Shown: positions 37,499-46,482 of the stretch, one piece after another | Layout: every line of letters starts with the position of its first letter | How positions within the stretch are numbered: the stretch's first letter is position 1 | DNA from: Patescibacteria group bacterium | Lineage (GTDB): Bacteria > Patescibacteriota > Minisyncoccia > JAHISW01 > Tagabacteraceae | Length of the DNA: 64,000 bases | NCBI GenBank assembly: GCA_018819015.1 | Contig: JAHJQY010000016.1 | Span: 18,064-82,063 of the forward strand | Direction: 5' to 3' | Translations under genes and position numbers: made by a program | The notes under the pieces: model-generated | Seen by the model: the letters and a program-made list of their open reading frames with translations, nothing else | Databases searched by the model: none | Told to the model about the DNA's origin: nothing

Positions 37499-39359
37499 CG
37501 GAATCTAATTTTTGTTTAGCCCTTTTAATGGCTATTAGTTGGGCCGGGTCAGAGGTGATAATTTGGTCTTCGGTATAAGAGGCGATTATTTTTATGGCCA
37601 CATGTTTTAAGCCGGCAAAAAACATTCCTTCTCCCACATCGGATTCCAGCAGCAAGAATTTTTCCTCGTCTGTCAGTTTGAATATATTTTGCAGAACATC
37701 AATGGCGGCTGGGGATTGTTTTAGGAGTATTTGTATCGCTGAGTTTGTTATGATGGGGCTTCCGTAGGGCGATGACAAAAAATCTCCGACATCCTGGGTA
37801 ATTGTAGCCAGCCCTAGATAATATTTTCTGCACCTTTTGGCTATGTGCGTTAAGAACGACGCGCCGTCGGGCGATTTCATCATCCACCATGCTTCATCAA
37901 TTACCAGCAGCCGTTTTTTGAGCTCCCGTCTTACGGCATTCCAAACAAATTGGATGATAAGGTACATGGCCACCGGCCTTAATTCGTCCTCCATATCGCG
38001 CACGGAAAAGGTTATGAGTTTTTGGTCTATGGCCACATTTGTCGGCTGGTTTATGAATCCGGCCCAAGTGCCTTGAGTGTATTTTTTAAGTTTTGTAGCC
38101 ATAGTCTCGCCTCCTTCCAGGCTGGCTAAAACCAATTCCAGGTCGGAAAGCACCGGCGGCACTTTGTTTGAGAAATCGGAATCCGGCGTAATATCTCTGG
38201 CGGCGTAGGTTTCCGTTATGGCTCTGTCCAGCACCGAGTCTTCTTCCGGTGTCAGTCCGCCAAGCATTATTCTGAAAAGGCCTACCAGACTTATAATATG
38301 CGATCTTAAAATATCCGATGGCGCTTCGTCTTCTCTTGGCAGAGGCAAGTCAAAAGGGTTGATGTGGTGTTCCGAACTCAATGAGATATTAAAATAATCT
38401 CCGCCGACCGCTTGGGTCAAATATTTATATTCCATTTCCGGGTCAATAATAATAACACTGGTTCCGAACATCAGCGATCTCAGTATTTCAAGTTTTGTGG
38501 CGTAAGATTTTCCGGCGCCGGCCTTGGCAAATGTTACGGAGTTGTAATTTTCAAGAGAAAAGCGGTCAAACAAAACCAAGCTGTTGTTGTGCCTGTTGAT
38601 GCCGTAAAGAATGCCCTTGTTGGAGGTCAGGTCAAAAGAAACAAAAGGGAATAAACTTGAAAGGGGAGAAGAATTCATTTTGCAGTGCACTTCCAATTTG
38701 TCTGTTCCCAAAGGAAAAGATGTTTCAATGCCCTCTGTTTGCTGAAAGAGCGCCGGTTTGGCATAAATCAGTTTTGCTTCAAGCGCCGATCGAATTTCTT
38801 TTTCCAGTGAATTTAATTCTTCAAAATTGTCCGCATAAACCGTGATATATAAACCCAGATTGAAAAGCCGCTCCTGCGCTTGCTGTAATTTATCTCGCAA
38901 GTCTTCCAAGTCTTGATAAGCGGTATCCAGCATCGGGTCTCTGATGAGCCCTTTTTCTTCCCGTATGTGAATTTGCGATTGGACTTCGGCGACTTTTTTC
39001 TGCAGTTGTTTCAAAACACTGGAAGTGTCAACCGGATGGATGAAGATTGAAATATCAAAAACTTTATCCATGTTTATAATCGGGGAAAACCAATTGGCCG
39101 ACAAAAAGCGCGGATAGGAAAAAATGAAAATAGTTTTCGCTATTTTGTTGCCGATTCTTATATAATTGGGAGCAACCTGAAGCGCCGAAGGAGCTATGAT
39201 GTCTTTAAGTTCCAAAACCCCGGAGCTGTAAATTTCTCCCGGATGAACCGGCAGAATTTTTTCTTCTTCTTTGTTTTTGTTAAATAGTTGCATATTCTTG
39301 TTTTGGTATTGATGTTCTTTCTTCTTCCTCCGGGTTGTAGAGGCCGTAGAAAAGTTCAA
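37476..39359 (-). CDS. VirB4/TraC/TrbE-family type IV secretion ATPase, ATPase portion
   Basis: Walker A 'AKAGAGKSYA' and Walker B 'LLVIDEAWWMM'. The segment 'DIIAPSALQV...IGNKIAKTIFIFSYP' resembles the VirB4 family of Gram-positive conjugation systems. The likely start is 'MQLFNKNK' at 39293. Confidence 0.7.
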   Translation of the reverse strand: MNFSTASTTRRKKKEHQYQNKNMQLFNKNKEEEKILPVHPGEIYSSGVLELKDIIAPSALQVAPNYIRIGNKIAKTIFIFSYPRFLSANWFSPIINMDKVFDISIFIHPVDTSSVLKQLQKKVAEVQSQIHIREEKGLIRDPMLDTAYQDLEDLRDKLQQAQERLFNLGLYITVYADNFEELNSLEKEIRSALEAKLIYAKPALFQQTEGIETSFPLGTDKLEVHCKMNSSPLSSLFPFVSFDLTSNKGILYGINRHNNSLVLFDRFSLENYNSVTFAKAGAGKSYATKLEILRSLMFGTSVIIIDPEMEYKYLTQAVGGDYFNISLSSEHHINPFDLPLPREDEAPSDILRSHIISLVGLFRIMLGGLTPEEDSVLDRAITETYAARDITPDSDFSNKVPPVLSDLELVLASLEGGETMATKLKKYTQGTWAGFINQPTNVAIDQKLITFSVRDMEDELRPVAMYLIIQFVWNAVRRELKKRLLVIDEAWWMMKSPDGASFLTHIAKRCRKYYLGLATITQDVGDFLSSPYGSPIITNSAIQILLKQSPAAIDVLQNIFKLTDEEKFLLLESDVGEGMFFAGLKHVAIKIIASYTEDQIITSDPAQLIAIKRAKQKLDSDGPSDNN

Positions 39360-39945
39360 TTAATTCTTCTGTATTAAGAGGCACGGTTCTTATTCCCGCG
39401 CGCGCCAGTCCCTGCGTTACCGTGTCAGCGCGCTGCAATAGCTGGTTTTTTTCTTTTTCAAAATCATTTTGGCTTATGGCCGGCGTTTTTTTGCCGCTGC
39501 TTAATATTTTATCCAAAAAAGCGGAGAAAGGATTATTTTTTTTCTCAAAGATGGTTGAGGAGTAAGGGATCACAATATAAAATGTTTTGTTTACTATTTT
39601 AGTTGAGGCTACGAAGTCTCTGATAAAATCTATATATTCTTTGGTTTGGATTTTCAGCAGTTCGTCGGTTTGCTCCCGTTCTTTTTTTCTCAGCGCCTCA
39701 AGGTATGTTTCTATGTTTAGTCCTCTTGATTGGATGTAAAATTGCACATGAAAATCCAGAGAGTTTAAAAAGTTTTGGTATTGCGATATGGTTGCCTCCT
39801 GTTCGTCTGCCGATTTCAGGGCGAAGTTTAAGGAAGACGCCATTAAAATCATACGCATTGAGCCGTCTTTAAGTATAATCACGCCGTCTCTGATTTCTTT
39901 TATGGAAACAAATTCTTGTGATGGTGCGCTTTTTATATTTGCCAT
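39280..39945 (-). CDS. VirB4 N-terminal domain encoded as a separate ORF (split or frameshifted VirB4)
   Basis: 'VSIKEIRDGVIILKDGSMRMILMASSLNFALKSADEQE' matches the N-terminal region of VirB4/TraE-type ATPases. The reading frame differs by +1 from the downstream ATPase ORF, with a 14-nt overlap. Confidence 0.5.
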   Translation of the reverse strand: MANIKSAPSQEFVSIKEIRDGVIILKDGSMRMILMASSLNFALKSADEQEATISQYQNFLNSLDFHVQFYIQSRGLNIETYLEALRKKEREQTDELLKIQTKEYIDFIRDFVASTKIVNKTFYIVIPYSSTIFEKKNNPFSAFLDKILSSGKKTPAISQNDFEKEKNQLLQRADTVTQGLARAGIRTVPLNTEELIELFYGLYNPEEEERTSIPKQEYATI

Positions 39946-39953
39946 ATTTATAT

Positions 39954-40367
39954 TTAATTTTTTTCTATTTCCTGTTTAATGTCTAAGCTCCATGCCAGGT
40001 CTCTAAGCTTGTTTTTGGTCAGGGCGGGTAATGGTGTTGGCGGGGTTTCTTTTTCTGACAAAATGCGCTGTATTTTTTGCGGTTCGGGTTCTCTTTTTTT
40101 CCAGGTATAAATTTTATTTTTCATCAAATAATTAAATCCATTTTCTGCGACATTGATGAGTGGTTTGTTGTGAATTTTGTAAAAAGCCAGCGCCACCGCC
40201 AGCGCCCCTACCAGCATTCCTAGTATAATAAAAAGAAAGAAGGGGAGGGAGATGTAAAGCAGGAAGATGGCGGCGCCTCCGCCAGCCAAATAAAGAAACT
40301 GGCTTAAGGTCAGCGGCCCGAAAATTTTGTCTTCAACTTCAATAAATTGTGGTACTTGAAATTTCAT
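39954..40367 (-). CDS. PrgI/VirB3-like 2-TM protein
   Basis: 'QVPQFIEVEDKIFGPLTLSQFLYLAGGG' followed by two TM helices, resembling the PrgI family. Lies immediately upstream of VirB4. Confidence 0.45.
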   Translation of the reverse strand: MKFQVPQFIEVEDKIFGPLTLSQFLYLAGGGAAIFLLYISLPFFLFIILGMLVGALAVALAFYKIHNKPLINVAENGFNYLMKNKIYTWKKREPEPQKIQRILSEKETPPTPLPALTKNKLRDLAWSLDIKQEIEKN

Positions 40368-40372
40368 ATTGG

Positions 40373-40903
40373 CTAACTTAGCGGTTCTCGATAAGGATCA
40401 ATGTCTTTAGTATAGCTTGTAATTTCCGGTTTGGCGCGGAAAGTTTTGCTTCTTTGCTCAAAAATGTCTTTTTTATTTTTTTCCGCGATTGGTTCGTTGT
40501 TGGAAAAAGTTTTCAGGGGATTTATGACTGGCGGCATTTGCTGTTCCGGTTGCTCTTTTTCTTTTTCTTCTTTCTCGGTTTCTCCACTATGAATTTTTCT
40601 CAATGATTCCCTAATTTTGGAAAATATTTTTTCGTTTATTTCATGGGCCACTTTTCTGGCCAATTCTTTTTGGAGGTCCATTCGGTTGGCCAAATTGGAG
40701 ATGAATTCGGCTGGATGAGTGATGCCCAACATTAGCAGTCCGGTCTCGTCCGCCATGATGCCCAATTTTTCCGTGGTCAGATTATTTTCTTTGGCGATAC
40801 TTTGCAGAATTTCAGCCGTGTTCACGCCGAAATACGCTTCTTTCACATCCGGCGGAAGTTTTTGATAAAGTTCGTTTAATTTTTCTGATGTTAAATTTGC
40901 CAT
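40373..40903 (-). CDS. Hypothetical cytoplasmic protein (T4SS-like operon)
   Basis: 176 aa, hydrophilic, with a charged C-terminus. Confidence 0.4.
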   Translation of the reverse strand: MANLTSEKLNELYQKLPPDVKEAYFGVNTAEILQSIAKENNLTTEKLGIMADETGLLMLGITHPAEFISNLANRMDLQKELARKVAHEINEKIFSKIRESLRKIHSGETEKEEKEKEQPEQQMPPVINPLKTFSNNEPIAEKNKKDIFEQRSKTFRAKPEITSYTKDIDPYREPLS

Positions 40904-40909
40904 GAATTT

Positions 40910-42721
40910 TTATTTTCGTTTTGTTATTTTTTCCCATTCTTTTTCGGCATGTTCTCTTGTTCCTTCTTCTCCTCCCCGAGTTTTTTTTATATTTTGAGCG
41001 GCCGGGCCAATCGTCCAAGCCATAGCCGCTTTGTTGTTGGCCGCCTTAAGGTTTTCAGTCAGTTGATTAAAATCGTCAAATATTTTATCGGCATTTTTTC
41101 CGCCTTTTTCCGCAATCTCATTAAGCTCTTTCGGGCTTATCTTTTGATAGAGACTGGTTTTTTCTTCCGGAGTCAGTTTTTCCATTCTGTTTATGTAATC
41201 TTTTACTTCATATCCTCTATATTCTTTGCCGGTTTTCTCTTTTTCTTCTACTGAAAGAGTGTTCACTAAATTGTCATAAGTTGATCGGAAGGCAGGATTT
41301 TTCTCCAGCAGTTCAACTCGTTCTCTGGCAGACATTTTCTTAAACATTTCTTTTTGCGCTTGTTTGTCGGCTAGCGCTCCCTTGCCCAAACTGGTCAAAT
41401 AGGTGGCTCTTTCCGCCGCCGGTAGATTCATTCCTCTTTGAACATAGGTTTCTATTTGTTCTTTTCTGCCGCCAACTCCGGCCAATTGTTTCGCCTTGTC
41501 CATTGTCCATCCGCCCAAGAGAGGGCTAGCCGCGACAAACCTTTCCATTTTTGGGGAGCCGGCAATACCTTCTCCGGCTCTGGCAATAGTTCGTCTGGCG
41601 GCGAATCGTGGAATGGCCCCGGCATAACCCAGCATTTTATTTTTGGCTCCCGTGGCAAAAGATATGGCGCTGGTCGCTCCCGCCCCGCCCATTTTTTTCG
41701 CCACCGTTAAACAGCCGAGCATGAGTATTATAAGCGTAACAAATTGGATGGCCAGCGCGGCGGTATTAGAGTCCGGCTGTAATATGGCGGTGGCGTAGCT
41801 GGCATCGGTTGTTCCTAAAAGAGTTTGATAAGACCCTTCACTGATAATTTTGGCCACCAGATAAAAAAGGAAAAGAAAAGCCGGCGCGAAAAGCGCTTGG
41901 CTGAAAAGAGTGTCCCACCATTGGCTGGCGTAAGATTTTGTTTTTGGCAGAACCATAGCGATAAAAGCCAAAGGAGCTAGCAGTATTAAAAATTGCAGAG
42001 CTATGGACCGGACGAGAAATAGCAACCCGCCGGCAAAAAGCACAAAAGAAGTTATTAGTATCATGGCGCAGCCGAAAACGGAAATTATAATTATCTGCTG
42101 GTAGGTGGCCGTTGGCTGGCCCGCAACAACAAAACTGTCACCTTTTGGCTCAAAAATGGTTTGTATTTTTAACCCTTCTGCGAAAATTTCTGAAATGTTA
42201 CTTTTTCCGTTGACAGTCATACTTTGGTAAAATTCATTGGCAAGGATGTTTGTTGCGTTAATTACCGTTGTTGTTATTAGCATACTGAAATTTACCAAGA
42301 GCGCTACAATGACAACTGTTCTTAAAAGTTCTTTCATTCCATAACCGCTGATTTGCAGAATGGTGGCAATGCCGATATAGATTAGGATGAATATGAAAAA
42401 TAGGTTGGCCAAATCTCTGGTTATTGTCCAGCCGGTAGCCACTAGACCGCCGGTCTGGGTTAATTTGGCGTTGTTTATGGAGTATGTTATAGATGCGTCA
42501 AAAAGACCAGCCGCCACATACAAAACTTTAGAGCAGACTTCCATCATTACGTTTCCCAGATTACTTAGAAGTGATTTTACCATTCCGCCCGGGTTGGACA
42601 TAACATCGGCCGGGTTTTCCGCGCTATAATTATCTTCTCCATAACTCGTTTTTATTCCAATTGGCCCCAGGACTATCACCAGCGCTATAATTATTATTAA
42701 AATTTTTCTTTTATTGGACAT
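40910..42721 (-). CDS. VirB6/TrbL-like polytopic membrane protein with charged C-terminal tail
   Basis: 603 aa: a signal peptide, at least six TM helices, and a ~200-aa K/E-rich C-terminal tail. This matches the VirB6 architecture. Confidence 0.45.
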   Translation of the reverse strand: MSNKRKILIIIIALVIVLGPIGIKTSYGEDNYSAENPADVMSNPGGMVKSLLSNLGNVMMEVCSKVLYVAAGLFDASITYSINNAKLTQTGGLVATGWTITRDLANLFFIFILIYIGIATILQISGYGMKELLRTVVIVALLVNFSMLITTTVINATNILANEFYQSMTVNGKSNISEIFAEGLKIQTIFEPKGDSFVVAGQPTATYQQIIIISVFGCAMILITSFVLFAGGLLFLVRSIALQFLILLAPLAFIAMVLPKTKSYASQWWDTLFSQALFAPAFLFLFYLVAKIISEGSYQTLLGTTDASYATAILQPDSNTAALAIQFVTLIILMLGCLTVAKKMGGAGATSAISFATGAKNKMLGYAGAIPRFAARRTIARAGEGIAGSPKMERFVAASPLLGGWTMDKAKQLAGVGGRKEQIETYVQRGMNLPAAERATYLTSLGKGALADKQAQKEMFKKMSARERVELLEKNPAFRSTYDNLVNTLSVEEKEKTGKEYRGYEVKDYINRMEKLTPEEKTSLYQKISPKELNEIAEKGGKNADKIFDDFNQLTENLKAANNKAAMAWTIGPAAQNIKKTRGGEEGTREHAEKEWEKITKRK

Positions 42722-44639
42722 TGACCGTAATGGGTATTGAATTATAAAGTCCTTCGTCGTCCGTCACCCGCAAGTTGATTATTTTTGTTCCGCTGGTTGA
42801 ATATTGCACTTGTATTATTCCCGGTTTGGCATTTGGCGCGGCGCTGATTCCTTCAAAACCATTGCCTATCGGCGTTTCCGTTGTGTCTCTGCTTTGGCTT
42901 TCGTCAAAAGTTCCGTCTCGGTTCCAGTCGGCTATATACCAATCGTAAAGGCCGTCGTTGTCAAAATCCCATTCGTACATGGCGATTTTGGGTGTTTTGT
43001 CGTTGTCTTTGGAAAGAGAAGGGTCAAGAGTAAAAAATTGGTCTTGCATGGCCGAACTTGGGGCGGTTATTTTTGCCTCCGGCGTTATTAGGTCTAAAAT
43101 TTCAGGAAAGTCATAATTGGGAAAAGGAGGTATGACTCCGATTTCGTGGACAATTCCTTCCGGAGTTCCTTCCGTGCTTACTCCAAACCACTTGATTGGC
43201 AAAAATAAACTAGCCTCAATTTTTTTCATAAAGCGTTCAGAAGATGTGTTCGGAGCGGAGCCGTCGGTTGTGTAATAGATAGTCGCCGGAATATTTGAAA
43301 GTAGACTGATACTGCTGGGTCCGACAGCCACGGCGGCCGTGGACGGAGTTTTTTCAGTAGATAGAAAAGGCGGGAAAAGATTTATGGTATGCCATTTTTC
43401 TTTGTTTCCGCTCTGGTCTATGCCGAACCATTTTAAGGTGGCAGACGAAATTATCTCTATTGGTCCGGTGTATGGGATAGAGGATAGTCCGGGCTCTGTT
43501 CCATCAAGCGTGTAGTAAATAATAGCATCTTCATTGGCTGTGATTTTGATATGCCAGCCATCGGATGGAGAGGCGGTTGTGACCGGAGCTGAATCATCCA
43601 TAAGGCCGGAAGCGGATACTGCCGAAGTCGCCCCTGCGGAACTTGTATCAGACGCGGTTATGGCCATGACACCTTCTTGGACCAGTCGGTTTATCAGCGC
43701 GTCTGTAATGGCGACAACATAAGATTCCCATTCTTCGTTGCTTATCAGCCAATCAAGGTTTGTTTGGACTGATTTTGATGTGGCATCGGCAATTATTTTG
43801 CCAGGTGTTCTTGTTTGCCATTTTTCGCAAGTGCATTCAGGTGGTACCTCGTTCTCTTTGTATGAACCTGTTTGAAGAGATGTATTGTTAGTTCCTTCAA
43901 TACGGCAAGTCATTTGTTTGCAAACTTTATCATTTAAAAATCCAACACCGGATTCCGCTTCACTTTTAGCCGCCTCTTTGGCTTTTACTGCCGCGGCAAT
44001 TTGTTGATTTGAAGTTTTGATAAAAAGTCCGTACGGGTTGTTTTGTTCTTCGCTGGTTGCAATCCAGGCTTTCCAGCCGCCATTTTGGAAATTTCCCATA
44101 AAGTCGTCAAAATTCGCTCCTACTTCAGAAAGGGTGCACATTGCCGTGTTGGTGAATGTTTGGGGATTTCTTAGGCCTAGATTTATTCTTATTGCCCAGC
44201 CGGGCTGACAAAGCGCGGACATAACCTGGTCTCCGACTAATTGTTGAACTGCTTGACCGCCTGCTATTTCAGCCGTATCTCTTAAAAAACCTTTCCAGTC
44301 GGTGACAAATTTTGGCTTGCCCCCGCCCTGTATCCATTCTACGATTTGATTGACCATAGTATCTAAAAGCACTTTTCTGAATTTGGCCATAACTGCTTTC
44401 ATAAGACTGTTTTGTTTTATAAAGGCCCATTCAAATGCCTCGACGACATATTGTTGTCCGGCTATTGCGGCTTGTTTTACTTGGGTCGCTGCGTCTGATA
44501 ACCATTGGCCGATATCAACACTTAGGTCTGTCCTGATTGTTGGCCAGGCAGCGCGGCTTTTTTGAGGATAAAATAAACCTCCGACGCAGGACGCGCAGAT
44601 TGTAAAAATTAAAAATATAAACAAAATTTTATTCCGCAT
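42711..44639 (-). CDS. Secreted surface protein with chitobiase-C-like (CHB_HEX_C) repeats and a PKD domain
   Basis: Signal peptide. 'IIYYTLDGTEPGLSSIPYTGPIEI' and 'TIYYTTDGSAPNTSS' motifs. C-terminal 'YEWDFDNDGLYDW...ITVNVQ' (PKD WxFxDG motif). Confidence 0.5.
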   Translation of the reverse strand: MRNKILFIFLIFTICASCVGGLFYPQKSRAAWPTIRTDLSVDIGQWLSDAATQVKQAAIAGQQYVVEAFEWAFIKQNSLMKAVMAKFRKVLLDTMVNQIVEWIQGGGKPKFVTDWKGFLRDTAEIAGGQAVQQLVGDQVMSALCQPGWAIRINLGLRNPQTFTNTAMCTLSEVGANFDDFMGNFQNGGWKAWIATSEEQNNPYGLFIKTSNQQIAAAVKAKEAAKSEAESGVGFLNDKVCKQMTCRIEGTNNTSLQTGSYKENEVPPECTCEKWQTRTPGKIIADATSKSVQTNLDWLISNEEWESYVVAITDALINRLVQEGVMAITASDTSSAGATSAVSASGLMDDSAPVTTASPSDGWHIKITANEDAIIYYTLDGTEPGLSSIPYTGPIEIISSATLKWFGIDQSGNKEKWHTINLFPPFLSTEKTPSTAAVAVGPSSISLLSNIPATIYYTTDGSAPNTSSERFMKKIEASLFLPIKWFGVSTEGTPEGIVHEIGVIPPFPNYDFPEILDLITPEAKITAPSSAMQDQFFTLDPSLSKDNDKTPKIAMYEWDFDNDGLYDWYIADWNRDGTFDESQSRDTTETPIGNGFEGISAAPNAKPGIIQVQYSTSGTKIINLRVTDDEGLYNSIPITVNVQ

Positions 44640-45600
44640 ATGTCTGGGCTATTTTTAAAAAATTTTGTATTAATCCTGCCATTTCTTCTCTTATTTTTTG
44701 GTTTTCCTGAAGAGCCAAGACCGTTTTTAAGGGATCGCTGTTTACTTCTTTGACGCTTTCATAAACTTTTTTGGTCGCCATAAGCAATTCTGTTTCTCTT
44801 TTGTGGATTTGCAGAAAATCAGATGGTACGGCAATTTTTTTCATATTGGCAATGGCGATTTCAAAATAGTTTATAAATTCATCAACTTTTTTAAAATTTT
44901 CTGTTTCAATTGCCTCTGACAGAATTTCTTCTTCGCTCTTACCTTGGTAAGGGCTTTTCGGCATGGCTTTTTCTATTTCGCTGACGTATTTCTGCACGGC
45001 CGTGAAAGAATTATCACTACCGGTTTTTATTTCAGACAAAGCGATTTGCGGATTGAGGCCGGCAATAAAATTTAAAAGCGCTTGCCCGGTATTTTTATCA
45101 ACCATGCTTAATGGGTTTGAAAGGTCAACTTGTTCCAGTTGTGTCGGGTCTTGGATTTGTGAACTGATGATTTGGGCGAAGCTTTGTGTTAAGTTGACCG
45201 GTTGCTGTGATTTTTGATTGTCGGCTAAAAAATTATTTTCGTCTTTTTTACCGGTTTTCGGATTGGAGGTTGGGTCTGTTGGGCTGTATCCCAGTATTGT
45301 TTCTTCTTTGTCCGAGTATCCGTCTTTGTCGGTGTCTTTGTTGTTGGGGTCGGTTTTCCAGAGCGCTTCTTCCCAGTTTCTTAATCCGTCGTCGTCGTTG
45401 TCCAAGGTCGCGCTTTCAATCACATCAGGGGAGATGACTTGGTTGGCGATTTTTTCATAAATTGTTTTCGGTTCTTTGTTTTTAGCAAGCCAAAACCAGC
45501 CGGCTACAACAAAAAATGCCAGCAAAAGCAGGATTGCCAGAACAATCAAATATATTCTGTTTTTCACATTTAAATTATAACACTTTTTTCGCTTTTCCAC
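44629..45600 (-). CDS. Membrane-anchored protein with thrombospondin-type-3-like Ca-binding repeats
   Basis: N-terminal TM, then 'DNDDDGLRNWEE...DPNNKDTDKDGYSDKEE'. First gene of the T4SS-like operon. Confidence 0.45.
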   Translation of the reverse strand: MEKRKKCYNLNVKNRIYLIVLAILLLLAFFVVAGWFWLAKNKEPKTIYEKIANQVISPDVIESATLDNDDDGLRNWEEALWKTDPNNKDTDKDGYSDKEETILGYSPTDPTSNPKTGKKDENNFLADNQKSQQPVNLTQSFAQIISSQIQDPTQLEQVDLSNPLSMVDKNTGQALLNFIAGLNPQIALSEIKTGSDNSFTAVQKYVSEIEKAMPKSPYQGKSEEEILSEAIETENFKKVDEFINYFEIAIANMKKIAVPSDFLQIHKRETELLMATKKVYESVKEVNSDPLKTVLALQENQKIREEMAGLIQNFLKIAQTYAE

Positions 45601-45670
45601 CGCCCTTTTTCCGCCCCCATGTGGATAATCAATGTTCGAAGTTCAACTTCAATCATTGGCGTGCGGGGGA

Positions 45671-45698
45671 TTGACAAGTTACTATTTTTGTGTATAAT
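45671..45698 (+). promoter_or_regulatory. Sigma-70-like promoter (TTGACA-16-TATAAT)
   Basis: ttgaca at 45671-45676 and tataat at 45693-45698, preceded by TG-rich sequence. It lies upstream of the lipoprotein gene. Confidence 0.5.
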
Positions 45699-45790
45699 TA
45701 TAGTTAGAAAATAACTAGAGTTTTTTTGACAATATTAATAATTTTGATGGCCCTAATCCCACCTACGGTGGGACGGGCGAGGAGGTTTGA

Positions 45791-46391
45791 GATGATAAAA
45801 AAAATTTCGGAAAGTTTAATTAAAGATTTTATTTGGTTTTGTTTTCTTTTTTTGGCCCTGCTTTTTGCGCTTGTAATGAGTGGCTGCGCCACCGGGCCGC
45901 TGAACCAGAAGGAGATGTCGCCGGTTTTAAGTTCGCTGGACGGCAACCCGCGAGAGGGCCTGATTATTTTGGAAGGCGAGCCGGCCGCAAGCATTGAGTT
46001 TCGCGACCAAGCCGGCTGCTTGGTGGCTCCTCAATGGAACGAGGCCGGAGCCAGTCCGCTCGCGCCGACCTATAATGGCCAACGCCGGCCGCGGTTGTAT
46101 GCCTATTCCGCGCTGGAATTTGGCTCGTACACAGTTAAGATCCGGCCGTTTTACTACACTGCTAATCTTTTTTTAAAAAGGCAGTTGGTGGAGTTGCCGG
46201 TTCAAACTTCGTCGGTTTATATTGACCGGCGGACTGACGATTATGACGGCCAGTACACCGGCCGGCACTGGGGTTGGATTTTGCGGATAAACACCGGCAA
46301 TATTCCCCGGGGACATTTTTCCGGGCCAAAAATTAATATTTCGGGTACCGGATTGCCGGGGTTGGTATTGAATAGACTTTTCGGGAGGTAA
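45791..46391 (+). CDS. Lipoprotein with a GC-rich, codon-usage-atypical mature domain
   Basis: AGGAGG 8 nt upstream of the start. The signal peptide 'LFALVMSGC' ends in a lipobox. The mature region uses ccg/ctg/ggc/cgc codons, unlike the rest of the window. Confidence 0.5.
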
Positions 46392-46482
46392 TTTAAGAGG
46401 CGTTGAGTTTTGAAAAATAAACTTGACGCCTTTTATCATTTTGGGGGAATTTGGTATAATTTGGTATAATAAAGATAATAAT

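Noticed and set aside
35731-45600. Interpreting the T4SS-like cluster as an integrated conjugative element or plasmid
   Set aside because: No relaxase, coupling protein, integrase or flanking direct repeats are visible. GC content matches the host and it is embedded among core genes. It is kept as a chromosomal secretion or pilus-like machine instead.
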